Shown: one piece after another, positions 13,108-22,625 of the stretch | Position numbering within the stretch: position 1 is the stretch's first letter | Layout: every line of letters starts with the position of its first letter | Source of the DNA: an uncultured Alphaproteobacteria bacterium | Lineage (GTDB): Bacteria > Pseudomonadota > Alphaproteobacteria > ATCC43930 > CGMCC-115725 | Assembly: GCA_963804725.1 (NCBI GenBank) | Contig: CAWDRN010000016.1 | Location: forward strand, 108,844-172,843 | DNA length: 64,000 bases | Direction of reading: 5' to 3' | The notes under the pieces: generated by a model | What the model was told of the DNA's origin: nothing | Seen by the model: the letters and a program-made list of their open reading frames with translations, nothing else | The model's database searches: none | Made by a program: the position numbers and the translations under genes

Positions 13108-13575
13108 ATGAAAAACCGCCGACGCGATCCTCCGACCACCATCCCGTTGGAACTACGGGGATTTTTGTGCTTTGCCATCTATTCGGCGACTCACGCGTTC
13201 AATCGCGTATACCAACCCCTGCTCGGGGATCTCGGGCTGACCTACCCCCAATTTATTGCCTTGATTCTTTTGTGGGAGGAGGACGATCAAACGGTTGGGG
13301 AGCTTGGCCAAAAGCTCTTTCTGCAATCGAATACCCTAACGCCCATGCTGAAGCGGCTCGAAACGCTTGGTTATGTGACGCGACGGCGGGATTCCGAGGA
13401 CGAACGTCAAGTCCGCATCAACCTGACTGAAGAAGGGCAAAAGCTTCAGTTGCGCACATCGGAAATTGTGAGACGTGTCCGTGACGCTACCGGTTTGCAG
13501 AACAAGCAAATCGAACGACTATCAGATGAGATCGGCGCCCTGCGGAAAGCACTTGAAGGCCATATTCCGTCCTGA
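13108..13575 (+). CDS. ohrR: MarR-family regulator, OhrR type
   Basis: LCFAIYSA, LTYPQFIALILLWEEDDQTVGELG, LKRLE and DERQV motifs. It lies immediately upstream of ohr. Start MKNRRR. Confidence 0.8.
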   Translation: MKNRRRDPPTTIPLELRGFLCFAIYSATHAFNRVYQPLLGDLGLTYPQFIALILLWEEDDQTVGELGQKLFLQSNTLTPMLKRLETLGYVTRRRDSEDERQVRINLTEEGQKLQLRTSEIVRRVRDATGLQNKQIERLSDEIGALRKALEGHIPS

Positions 13576-13806
13576 AGAGGAGCCGTCGCCAAGGCAGAGC
13601 GAGCGCGATTCCGGGCGAGCCCCAGACGAGTTGTTAGCGGTTGCCGCTTAGAAGGATATGATCGGCCGCGGCAAGCGGGCGCTCTTTGAGTTGCCGAAGC
13701 ATTCCGTTCGGAAATTTCGGAAATTATTGAGGGCTTACGCCTTGGACTGGACTTCCTGATAGCTCACTTATTCAACGCCAGCGTAACGCTGCAAGGAGAT
13801 GCACCC

Positions 13807-14244
13807 ATGGACAAGATCAAGCCGCTCTTCACCGCTAGCGCAACTGCGATCGGAGGCCGAAACGGCCACACCGAGTCAAGCGATGGCCTCATTAAGGCGG
13901 ACCTTTCCGTGCCAAAGGAAATGGGCGGCCCCGGCAAGCCCGGTACCGCGACCCCTGAGCATCTGTTCGCTGCCGGCTACGCGGCCTGCTTCGGCGGCGC
14001 GCTCGACTATGTGGCCAAGCAGAAGAAGAAGGACGCAGCCAAGGCCAGGGTCACCTGCGCGGTGGCCATCGGCCCCCGAGAAGGCGGTGGTTTCGGTATC
14101 GCCGTCAAGATGCATGTCGAGGACAAGTCGCTCGCGCAACCGGAACTCAGCGATTTTGTAAAGGAAGCGCACGAGAAGATTTGCCCCTATTCGCACGCCA
14201 CGCGGGGCAACGTGGACGTAACCTTCGAAGTGGTCGGCAGTTAG
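13807..14244 (+). CDS. ohr: organic hydroperoxide resistance protein (OsmC/Ohr family)
   Basis: TPEHLFAAGYAACF and ICPYSHATRGN motifs; 145 aa. Confidence 0.85.
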   Translation: MDKIKPLFTASATAIGGRNGHTESSDGLIKADLSVPKEMGGPGKPGTATPEHLFAAGYAACFGGALDYVAKQKKKDAAKARVTCAVAIGPREGGGFGIAVKMHVEDKSLAQPELSDFVKEAHEKICPYSHATRGNVDVTFEVVGS

Positions 14245-14553
14245 ATCGCGCCGCAGACGCGACGCCTCTCAAAGGGAGAAAGGCCGCTGCAGAGCAGTTC
14301 TTGTTCCAGTCCTAAAAATGCTGCCGATCGAGGGTGGTAGATTGCCAAGGTCAGGGCGGCATTTCCTCCTTGGGCCGCGCTCCGACAGCCGGTTCACTGG
14401 TACCGTGCGCTATCGTCCTGGTCGGGCGGCTCCAAACGCGCGTGACGTGATACGCAAATCGGATGTCCGCTTCCCTCGACGAAGCGTCAACATTAACCAA
14501 GGCCAGACACGCGGTCGAACTGCGGCGATCCATGTGTCGATGCGCGCGTCATC

Positions 14554-14640
14554 TGCGGATTCCGGCGATGTCGCCCGGTCATTCCGAGATCATGTCGCTC
14601 CCTGTTCCGACATGATGTCGCCTGGTTGAGCGGCGTCCTG
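14554..14640. repeat. IS21 terminal inverted repeat with three subterminal repeats (istB-proximal end)
   Basis: gattccggcgatgtcgcccgg, attccgagatcatgtcgctcc and gttccgacatgatgtcgcctgg are reverse complements of the repeats at 20896-21015. Confidence 0.8.
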
Positions 14641-14824
14641 CTGGCGGAGTGGTTTTGGCAACTATCGAGTTGACGGTCAATCCCCTGAGATTGTTGACCG
14701 GTGGGGGTCTGTGGACCCCGGTGTCCGACACGCAGGGTCCGCGACCGATGCCACACCGGTTGAGGCTGAACGAGACATGATCTAAACCGAACAACGCCGA
14801 ACAACTACGAAGGCGTTGGCATCT

Positions 14825-15139
14825 ATGACGGGTCGAACCCGACGAAAGAAGAAGCGCCGCGCGTTACCGGCGAAGGTTCCCGACATTCTAGACGTGACGA
14901 TGGCGGCACAATTTCTGACGGTCTCGCCGGATACGGTGTACAGCCTGTTTCAAAGCGGGGAGTTACCCGGTCGCAAAGTTGGCCGCAAATGGGTGACTAC
15001 GAAGGCGGCGGTGTTGCGCTGGATTGAAAGCTCAAGCGCGGATGACACCCTCGCCCGCGCGGTCAAGCGCGGCGATCGTGATGCCCTGGCCAAAGCCATC
15101 AATCGCGGCAAAGCGAGAATACGGGGCGGCTCGTCGTGA
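14825..15139 (+). CDS. excisionase/MerR-type HTH protein, a passenger ORF inside the IS21 element
   Basis: AAQFLTVSPDTVYSLFQSGELPGRKVGRKWV matches the excisionase-family HTH pattern. It lies between the istB stop and the IS end, antisense to istAB. Confidence 0.55.
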   Translation: MTGRTRRKKKRRALPAKVPDILDVTMAAQFLTVSPDTVYSLFQSGELPGRKVGRKWVTTKAAVLRWIESSSADDTLARAVKRGDRDALAKAINRGKARIRGGSS

Positions 15140-15205
15140 ACGTCGCCTATCCGGCGAGGATCGCGGACGCGCGCACGTCCGCGGAGCAGAGATCCGCGTT
15201 GGCGG

Positions 15206-15952
15206 TCAATCCTTTGAGATTTTTTTTGGCCGGGTCCGGCGCATGCTGTCGCCGGTAAGATCGATGCGATAGGCGTTGTGGACGAGGCGATCGAGGATGG
15301 CATCGGCGTAGGTTGGGTTACCGATGACATCATGCCATTTGTCGACCGGGATCTGGCTGGTGAGGATGGTTGAGCGGCGGGCGTATCGCTCTTCGAGGAT
15401 CTCGTAGAGATCGCGGCGTGCGTCGGCATCGAGTGGATCGAGACCCCAGTCATCAAGAATCAGCAACTCGACGGCGGTTAGGCTGCGCATGATGCGGGCA
15501 TAGCGGCCGTCGCCGCGCGCCAGCGCGAGATCGGCGAACAGCTTTGGCACGCGCTGGTAAAGGACGGAATGGTTGTCGCGGCAGGCCTTATGGCCGAGGG
15601 CACAGGCAAGCCAACTTTTGCCGATGCCGGTTGGACCGCACAGGATCAAATTGTGGTGCGTGACGATCCAATCGCTGTCGGCGAGCTTATGAAACAGCCC
15701 GCGATCGAGGCCCCGCGGGGACCGGTAATCGACATCCTCGATGACGGCGTGATGGCGCAATCGGGCATAGCGCAGCCTGGCGGCGAGGCGCTTGTCGCGG
15801 CGATGCGTGGTCTCGCGATCGACGAGCATGCCGAGCCAGTCGGCGTGGGTCAGGGTGGTGGCGTCGCCGGAGGCTTCGAGTTCGGCGAAGGCTTGAGCCA
15901 TGCCGGAAAGCCCGAGCTGGGCGAGCTGATCGAGTATCGGATGGGTCAGCAC
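15206..15952 (-). CDS. istB: IS21-family helper ATPase IstB
   Basis: Walker A GPTGIGKS, LLILDDWG and the typical 248-aa length. Confidence 0.9.
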   Translation of the reverse strand: MLTHPILDQLAQLGLSGMAQAFAELEASGDATTLTHADWLGMLVDRETTHRRDKRLAARLRYARLRHHAVIEDVDYRSPRGLDRGLFHKLADSDWIVTHHNLILCGPTGIGKSWLACALGHKACRDNHSVLYQRVPKLFADLALARGDGRYARIMRSLTAVELLILDDWGLDPLDADARRDLYEILEERYARRSTILTSQIPVDKWHDVIGNPTYADAILDRLVHNAYRIDLTGDSMRRTRPKKISKD

Positions 15953-15971
15953 TTTCTTTCTCCTCAGTCAG

Positions 15972-16751
15972 TTAGTGGTAATAGCGGGGCCCGCGGATAT
16001 TGCGGTGGAGGACGGTGACGGCATCGGTTGGCTTCGGTTGCGCGGCGTGGCGATCGAGTTTGTTGTCGAGGATCGAGCGCACCGAGCCGTAGTTGAGCGT
16101 GCCGATCTCGATGGCGCGCTCGGCCGCGGCTTCGAGGCGGGCTGTGCCGAACGGTCGGACGAGGCGAATGATTCCGAGGCAGGAGCGAAAGCCCTGTTCG
16201 GGGTGTGGCCGGTGCTCGAGGATCAGCGCGCATAAGGCAGCGGTGGCGGGCCCGATCGCGGCGGCCTCGCGGCGAATGCGCTCAACCGTCCAGTCGGCAT
16301 AGCGGCGATGGCTCGACGGCATGTGGTCGGGTACCGTGGTGTGGTGGTGATTGCCGCTGGAGCGCAGATGCGTGGCGATCCGCTCGCCCTTCAGGAAGAT
16401 CTCGCCGGTGCGCGGTGTCAGGCGCACCGCGACTTCGCGGCGGGCATAGCGATAAGGCACGCTATAGAAGTGCGCCTCGACCGCGACGTGGTAATCGATG
16501 CCGACGCGGCGCAGCCGCCATTCGGCGAAGACGTAAGGCTCGCTGGGCAACGCCTTGAGGTGTGGCCGATCGAGTTCCTCGAGCAGCGCACGGCGGGTGA
16601 CGCCGAGCCGGCGGATCGGCCGCTCCTCGTTGAGCTGGCGCAGGAACTCGCCAATCGCCGCGTTGAGTTCCGCGAGGCTGTAGAAGCGGCGATGGCGCAG
16701 CCGGCCCAAAAGCCAACGTTCTACGACTAAAACCGCTAATTCTACCTTCGC
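15972..16751 (-). pseudogene. istA: IS21 transposase IstA, C-terminal half (gene split by the nested insertion)
   Basis: ..KAKVELAVLVVERWLL.. continues the N-terminal half, which ends ..PRRPRDK at 20061. Joining 16751 to 20061 restores GAC AAG GCG AAG (DKAK) in frame, giving about 516 aa in total. Confidence 0.85.
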
Positions 16752-16753
16752 TT

Positions 16754-17059
16754 TGGAGGCGGCCGTCAATTGCGGGTTGTGCGGGCACGACCAGTCGGAC
16801 GGTCCGGATCACGCATCCATTCCATCCGCTGGTAGGGTGTGAGTTTGTTCTGGTCTGTCGGCGCCTGGATTGGGGTGAAGACCGCGTCGTGTACCTCTCC
16901 GCCGAGGGCACGCTACGCTCGATTGCCGCCGGTCTGACGGACGTTGAGCCACCTGACGAATTCCAGCGCATAGCGGCTGGCCGTGCGGCGTTCCGCACGG
17001 CCGATCTCCACGAGCTCCACGCCATACTGGCACGGCTGGACGTTGCGGACGGTATGTAA
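16754..17059 (+). CDS. small conserved-looking ORF without a start codon in the integrated state
   Basis: Manual translation gives ..VRITHPFHPLVGCEFVLVCRRLDWGEDRVVYLSAEGTLRSIAAGLTDVEPPDEFQRIAAGRAAFRTADLHELHAILARLDVADGM*. There is no ATG/GTG/TTG upstream of the conserved-looking N-terminus, and the frame is open to the element's left end. Confidence 0.45.
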   Translation, partial: WRRPSIAGCAGTTSRTVRITHPFHPLVGCEFVLVCRRLDWGEDRVVYLSAEGTLRSIAAGLTDVEPPDEFQRIAAGRAAFRTADLHELHAILARLDVADGM

Positions 17060-17225
17060 AGATAAATCCGCCGCTGATGTCAATACAACTATGCCGCACC
17101 ATCGGACGGAACCGAGAGGAATACCTGATATTTCCGCTGTTAATTCTACATCATGTGACGGAGCACCCTTGACATGCCATATGTAGAGGCGTATTTACAT
17201 TTACAAACAGGGACGAGGATCGGAT

Positions 17226-17702
17226 ATGCGTTTGCCGCAGCGGCAAGATCCAAAGCGCCAGGCATTGGCGCGAGATGGCGTCCTCAACCCACATCCCGCG
17301 GCCGTGCGCGATCCGCTGTTCAGCGGCAACCCATTCTTCGATCCCAGGGACCTGGTTCAGGTGCGCTACGAGATGGTGCGACGTCACGATGCCGACGGCA
17401 TGCCTGTCAGCGACGCGGCGGCATCATTCGGGGTCTCCCGGCCAACCTTCTACAAGGCGCAAAGCTCACTCGCGGCATCGGGTCTGGCCGGGCTTGTGCC
17501 CCAACACCGCGGACCAAAACAAGGTCACAAACTCTCTGCCAACGTGATCGACTTCGTCGTCGCTCTCAAAGCCAGACAGCCCGACCTGACGACGCCACAG
17601 TGTCTCACCGCGGTCGAGGCAGAGTTCGGTGTCAAAGTCCACCGACGCAGTCTGGAGCGGGCCTTGGCTCGCAAAAAAAAATCGCGCCCGCCGACCCCGT
17701 GA
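17226..17702 (+). CDS. helix-turn-helix protein (first gene of the recombinase operon)
   Basis: VSDAAASFGVSRPTFYKAQ HTH motif. The stop overlaps the next ATG (ATGA-type coupling). Confidence 0.6.
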   Translation: MRLPQRQDPKRQALARDGVLNPHPAAVRDPLFSGNPFFDPRDLVQVRYEMVRRHDADGMPVSDAAASFGVSRPTFYKAQSSLAASGLAGLVPQHRGPKQGHKLSANVIDFVVALKARQPDLTTPQCLTAVEAEFGVKVHRRSLERALARKKKSRPPTP

Positions 17703-17977
17703 TGGTACCGACGCGCACCGCACAGGACTACGAGATACTCCGCGCATCCGTGCTGAGTTCGGCGCCGCCCCGCGGTTCGGGAATCGGGACCGTCTGTCAT
17801 CAAGGTCTGGCGAACTGGCTCAAACAGCCGGTGTCGGAACCGGTCGCGCCGACGTGCGCATACCCGCACAACGTATCGCCTGCGGCCGGAGCTGGATCGA
17901 CTGGGAGCAGCACCGAACTGACTCGTGTCATTGCCGATATCGTGGTTGCACTTGCGCTGGAGCCAGAACATGTCTGA
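17702..17977 (+). CDS. small hypothetical protein, translationally coupled
   Basis: The ATG at 17702 overlaps the upstream stop, and its own stop overlaps the recombinase ATG at 17970. Confidence 0.45.
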   Translation: MVPTRTAQDYEILRASVLSSAPPRGSGIGTVCHQGLANWLKQPVSEPVAPTCAYPHNVSPAAGAGSTGSSTELTRVIADIVVALALEPEHV

Positions 17978-20051
17978 ACTCGTCAAGGTTACCGCCGAGC
18001 ATCTCAAGCGTGACGCCTATCTCTACATTCGGCAGTCGACCTTGCGCCAAGTGGCAGAGCATGGGGAGAGCACGCAGCGTCAGTACGCGCTGCGCGATCG
18101 GGCTCTTGTCGGCGGCTGGCCTATCGAGCGTATCCATGTCATCGACTGCGATCTCGGCAAGTCAGGCGCCAACGCAACCACGCGTGACGGGTTTCAGCGG
18201 CTGGTCAGCGAAGTCGCCCTTGGCAAAGCCGGTATCGTCATGGGGCTTGAAGTCTCTCGCCTTGCCCGTAACTCGGTCGATTGGCATCGGCTCATCGAGT
18301 TGTGTGCGCTGACATCCACGCTCATACTCGATGAAGAAGCAATTTACGATCCGGCGAGCTTTAACGATAGGCTGCTTTTGGGCCTAAAAGGCACGATGTC
18401 CGAAGCAGAGTTGCACATCCTCAAGGCGCGGATGCGTGGCGGCCAACTCAATAAGGCACGCCGAGGAGAACTCGAGATGCAACCGCCCGTTGGTCTCATC
18501 TATCGCAGCGATGGCGTCATAGATCTCGATCCTGATGCTGAAGTCCAAAGCGCGGTACGTCTTGTGTTCGATACCTTTGAGCGGACTGGAAGCGCTATGC
18601 AAACAGTGCGCTTCTTCCGGGACAAACGCATTCCATTCCCGACGCGGCTTCATGGTGGCCCCAGAAAAGGCGAGCTGATATGGGCGCCACCCCGGCATAG
18701 CCGCATACTGCGCATTCTGCATAACCCACGCTATGCGGGTGCCTTTGTCTATGGCCGGACCCGTACGCGTCACCTGCCGGCGGGTGGCTCCACCTCGGTT
18801 AGGGTGCCACGGGAAGACTGGCAGTTCTTCATGCCAGGACAGCATCGCGGATACATCGATTGGGATCGCTTCGAGAGCAATCAGCGGCGTTTGGCCGACA
18901 ATGCCCGAGCTTTTGGCGGCGAACGACGCTCAGGGCCAGCCCGAGAGGGCACCGCGTTGCTGCAAGGACGGGTTCTGTGTGGTCGGTGCGGTGAACGGAT
19001 GGGCATCCACTACCAACAGGAGCACGGTCAGAGCGTCCCAGTCTATGTCTGTCAAGAATCCCTGGTGCGTCGCGGTGGCAAGATCTGTCAATCGATCGCC
19101 GGGAAAGCCGTCGATGTGGCGGTCGGCGCGCTGCTCATCGAACTCATGACGCCGATGACGCTGGAAGTCACGCTCGCCGTGCAGCGAGAGCTGGAGGCGC
19201 GCGCCGCCGAGGTCGATGCCTTGCGCCAGCAGCATCTCGAGCGGACGCGCTACGAGGCAGAACTTGCCCGCCAGCGTTACATGCTCGTCGATCCGGGAAA
19301 CCGCCTCGTTGCCGACGCGCTTGAGGCGGAGTGGAACGACAAGCTACGTGTGCACACTGACGCAGTGGCTGAGTACGACAGATTCAACAATCAGCAAGCT
19401 TCCTCGCTCGATGCTGAAGCGCGCCGATGCATTCTGGAGCTCGCCGAACAGTTCCCAAAAATCTGGCATGATCCGCGTGTCGACATGCGCGAGCGCAAGC
19501 GCATCCTGCGTCTGTTGGTTGAAGATGTCACCTTGATCAAGGCAGAAGCGATCACAGCCCATGTCCGTTTGTCGGGTGGTGCTATCCGAACTCTGACGCT
19601 TGAGCGGCCCCGGCCTATCGCCCAAATCCGCAAGTTCAAGCCTGAACTGGTGGCAGAGGTCGACCAACTCCTTGATGATCACTGCGACCGGGAGATCGCT
19701 GAGATCCTGAACCAACGTGGGCGGTGTACCTGGGAGGGGAAGCCCTTCAACCTGAAAAAGATCGCGTTCATCCGGATGGCGTATCAGCTTGCTAGTCGTT
19801 ACACGCGGTTGCGCCGCCGTGGTTTGCTCACCACTCACGAGGTAGCTGAGCGCTTCGGCGTCGGTCGTACCGCAGTTCATCAATGGGGACGCGAGGGCCT
19901 CATCCAAAAATGCTATGCTGACAGCTTGCACCGCGGTCTCTGGAAGTTGCCGCCAGGTCAGACGATTCTCAAAGGCCGTGGCGGGCGGGCAGCGCGCCCA
20001 GCCCGATTGGCGCCCATTACCGTATCAAACCTCGAACAAGGTGCAGTATGA
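17970..20051 (+). CDS. large serine recombinase (resolvase domain, recombinase domain and zinc ribbon)
   Basis: AYLYIRQSTLRQ (catalytic Ser), GLEVSRLARN, LKGTMSEAELHILKARM and CGRCGERM...YVCQ...GKICQ zinc-ribbon cysteines; about 693 aa. Confidence 0.85.
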   Translation: MSELVKVTAEHLKRDAYLYIRQSTLRQVAEHGESTQRQYALRDRALVGGWPIERIHVIDCDLGKSGANATTRDGFQRLVSEVALGKAGIVMGLEVSRLARNSVDWHRLIELCALTSTLILDEEAIYDPASFNDRLLLGLKGTMSEAELHILKARMRGGQLNKARRGELEMQPPVGLIYRSDGVIDLDPDAEVQSAVRLVFDTFERTGSAMQTVRFFRDKRIPFPTRLHGGPRKGELIWAPPRHSRILRILHNPRYAGAFVYGRTRTRHLPAGGSTSVRVPREDWQFFMPGQHRGYIDWDRFESNQRRLADNARAFGGERRSGPAREGTALLQGRVLCGRCGERMGIHYQQEHGQSVPVYVCQESLVRRGGKICQSIAGKAVDVAVGALLIELMTPMTLEVTLAVQRELEARAAEVDALRQQHLERTRYEAELARQRYMLVDPGNRLVADALEAEWNDKLRVHTDAVAEYDRFNNQQASSLDAEARRCILELAEQFPKIWHDPRVDMRERKRILRLLVEDVTLIKAEAITAHVRLSGGAIRTLTLERPRPIAQIRKFKPELVAEVDQLLDDHCDREIAEILNQRGRCTWEGKPFNLKKIAFIRMAYQLASRYTRLRRRGLLTTHEVAERFGVGRTAVHQWGREGLIQKCYADSLHRGLWKLPPGQTILKGRGGRAARPARLAPITVSNLEQGAV

Positions 20052-20060
20052 AGCCATCGT

Positions 20061-20831
20061 CTTGTCCCGTGGGCGTCGTGGCCGCGCCGGGAGGATCGCA
20101 GCGATGCCGTAATGGGCCGCCATCTCGGCATAAGTGCGATTGACTTGCGGCTCGTAGAGGCACGCTTTGATCACGGCCACTTTGGTATTGTCGGGCACGA
20201 GCAGGTTTGGCACCCCACCGATCGCTTCCAGAGCACCGATATGAGCGGCGATCCAATCGCCGAGCTTCTGTGTCCAGGTCGCGTGGGCGTAGGTGAAGTT
20301 GGAGGCGCCCAACACCGCGACAAAAATTTGCGCTGGGCGAAACTCGCCCGTGAGCCGATCGATGATCACCGGGACCGTGTCGCCGGCGTAATCGACAAAC
20401 AGCTTGTCGCCGCCGGCGTGGCTTTGCCGCATCGTGACCGAAATCCGCGAGGCCCAACCACGGTACAGCTCACAAAACCGCGAATAGCGATACCCGTCCG
20501 GATGCCGCTCGATGTACTCGTCCCACAAGATCTGCAGCGTCACGTGCTTGCGCTTCAGTTCGTGATGAACCGCCGCCCAATCGGGCTCCGCGCGGCGGCG
20601 GTGGCCTTGCTTGGTGCCGACCGCCGTGAAGAGCTGCGCCTCCAGGGCGGCATCGGTTATCTCCGCCGCTAACGGCCAGCTCAGGCCGGCGGCGGCGAGC
20701 CGCTTCAACGTCAGCCGAACGGTCGATGGCGCAACCCCGACCCGGCGGGCGATCTCGTTGCCGGATACCCCGGCGGCCTTTAGCCGAAGCACATCGCGCA
20801 CTTGGCGCATTGCGATCCTCTCTGCTGGCAT
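20061..20831 (-). pseudogene. istA: IS21 transposase IstA, N-terminal half
   Basis: HTH (NEIARRVGVAPSTV) and the start of the DDE core (LFVDYAGD, ASNFTYAHATW). The frame runs into the inserted element after ..PRRPRDK. Confidence 0.85.
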
Positions 20832-20895
20832 CGTTCCCTCCCGCGGCAGAAAACCGCGGAAGGAAACCTCAACGCGCCAGCAGAGGCGCCATCTA

Positions 20896-21015
20896 CCCGG
20901 GCGACATCATCCCGGGAACAGCGGGCGACATCATCTCGGAACGCCGAGCGAGATCAAATCGGAATGGCGGGCGACATCATCTCGGAATGCCGGGCGACTT
21001 GTCCCGGAATCATCA
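20896..21015. repeat. IS21 terminal inverted repeat with subterminal repeats (istA-proximal end)
   Basis: Four copies of a (C/G)GGGCGAC(A/T)T(C/G)(A/T)TC(C/T)CGGAA-like motif. Confidence 0.8.
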
Positions 21016-21519
21016 CGTCATCGGCCGAATGCGTGATGAAGCCGGTTCCCGCAAGCCGTCCCAGGCTCGTGCAAAAGCAGGTGAGACGGAGGTCAAAAGT
21101 GGGACATGAGCGTCAATCGCCGCCATGAATACCCGCCAAAGCCCCCTTGCCTGCCGCTTCAAGTCTGCCGAATTTACTGAGCACTACCATGTCGCATGCG
21201 GCGGAGATGTCCCGGCGCACCACCTTAGCAGTGGTGGCCGCGCCATCTTGGTCGAGATGGCGTGCCGTTGAACCAGGGCCCAAATCCTCGAAAATCGAAA
21301 ATCGCTCTCCGCTCGCATGCAGCATATGTACCCGGCGCTGCATCTCCGATCGGCAAGGCCGTGGCCTTCGGCGACGACGCCGGCAACCCTCGACGGCGGA
21401 GACCAACGACCGACCAGCGCACTAAACCGATCCTGAACCAGCGCGCCGGGTGCGCCCTGGATCACAGCGACCCCTTGATGGAAGCATCCATTACCCTCTC
21501 TCAATCGTACAACGGTCAT
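21016..21519 (-). pseudogene. DUF2478-like nucleoside-triphosphatase remnant, split by the IS21 insertion and with at least two frame breaks
   Basis: Pieces AVIQGAPGA..VAGVV, ERFSIFEDLGPGS..CDMVVLSKFGRLEAAGKG and AAIDAHVPLLTSV..AWDG lie in three frames. After removing the IS and one copy of the duplication, the frame continues into 14493..14553. Confidence 0.55.
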
Positions 21520-22161
21520 AACCCCTCACCCTGCCGCTTGGCCTGCCGGCAGAGGCAAGGGCGTGCTCGTAAACCGCAATGAGCTGCGGCCAGCGATCGG
21601 GAAGAAGTTGAGTGGGTCCAAAGCATGACGCCACTGTTGTCGAGCCAGAAGATCCAAAGTCCAAGCTTTTCGCTGAAGGCGGGACGCTCGGCATGGATGT
21701 AGCGCAGCAGAAATAAAAAAGGACGATCGCCAGCAGCCGAAGGCGTCGAACAGCGAGGTATGCACCTGGTTGAACGTCAGGAAGGTACCGTGCTCGTAGC
21801 AGTGCACCAGCGGCGCTGCGAGATCCAGACTGATGGGGCTCGGCCTTGTCATCGCAACTACAAACCCGGACTCTCGGCAGATCAAGCCGCCCGGGCTCGG
21901 CTAAGCCACGGCAAATACAACTAGGCACCGGTCTCCCTATAGGCGAGCGCTCGGCAATCAATCGAAGAACACCGGGACCGGCATCGAGACGCCGAAACAC
22001 CAGCTTCAACAAACGCCCGTCCGAGATCACTTCGGTGTGGTCGAGAGAAAGCGATTCTCATGAGAGTGTCTCGGTGCTATTGGATTGCGAGCGATGCATA
22101 AAGCGTTTGATCGTAAACTGCGAGCATTCCCTGAACAGATCGCTGTAGCTGCGTGCTTGGG

Positions 22162-22625
22162 TCATTTCGGGAATTTCTTGGGCGCCAAAACAACCGAGCC
22201 GGTCTCGAGGAGTGATTTGAGATTTGACAGAATCTGAGGCCAGCCGCCCGAGACGGCGTCGATAAACTTGGAGCCTTCAAGCTCTATGCTGTGGGTTACG
22301 GTTAGTTTCACCGCCTCACCGGCGGGCTCGAGCTCCAGGGTGCACAGAGACCAGCCCTCTGCCTTGAGTTCGGGCCTGAACTCGTTGCGCCAGCGAATGC
22401 CGAGACGGTGGAGGGCTCGAAGGCGACGATCTCGCCGGCATCGCCCACTCTGCCGTCGGGAAACATGAGCTTCCACGTTCCACCAATTTTCCAATCGGCA
22501 TCCGGGTAGGCCCCGAGCCAATACTGCCGCGCGAATTCCTGACTCGTCAGCGCGGACCACAAACGCTCCGGCGTTGTGCGGATGTAAGTGACGTAGATGA
22601 AGCTACTCTTGCCTGCGTTAGTCAT
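22162..22625 (-). pseudogene. SRPBCC / AHSA1-like protein with one frame break (or an assembly indel)
   Basis: N-terminal part (IYVTYIRTTPERLWSALT..GEIVAFEP) in ORF 22308..22625. C-terminal part (RLGIRWRNEF..GGWPQILSNLKSLLE) in ORF 22162..22560. The span is 464 nt, and one C appears to be missing from a C-run near 22405. Confidence 0.7.

Larger units (their letters stand above)
16752..20060 (+). mobile_element. 3.3-kb large-serine-recombinase element (four ORFs) inserted into istA
   Basis: Boundaries were deduced by restoring the uninterrupted istA frame. The boundary is ambiguous by 1-3 nt because TT occurs at both junctions. There is no target duplication, as expected for serine recombination. 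Confidence 0.75.
14554..21015 (-). mobile_element. IS21-family insertion sequence (istA-istB) carrying a nested 3.3-kb insertion
   Basis: The ends read TGCGGATTCCGG.. and ..CCGGAATCATCA (TG...CA), with multiple subterminal repeats of GGGCGACATCATC(T/C)CGGAA type. The 7-bp direct repeat CGTCATC is at 14547-14553 and 21016-21022. Confidence 0.85.

Noticed and set aside
20896-21015. Closely spaced short direct repeats that could at first glance be mistaken for a CRISPR-like array. More generally, I searched for a CRISPR array near the Cas1 gene.
   Set aside because: The repeats are the subterminal transposase-binding repeats of the IS21 end and are mirrored at 14554..14640. I saw no regular repeat-spacer array anywhere in the window.
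21491-22030. Minus-strand ORFs with protein-like stretches in three frames (..SLDLAAPLVHCYEHGTFLTFNQVHTSLFDAF.., ..FLFLLRYIHAERPAFSEKLGLWIFWLDNSGVMLW.., ..PDRWPQLIAVYEHALA..).
   Set aside because: This is probably one more frame-shifted gene, but I could not assign a family or reliable ends, so it is not listed as a feature.
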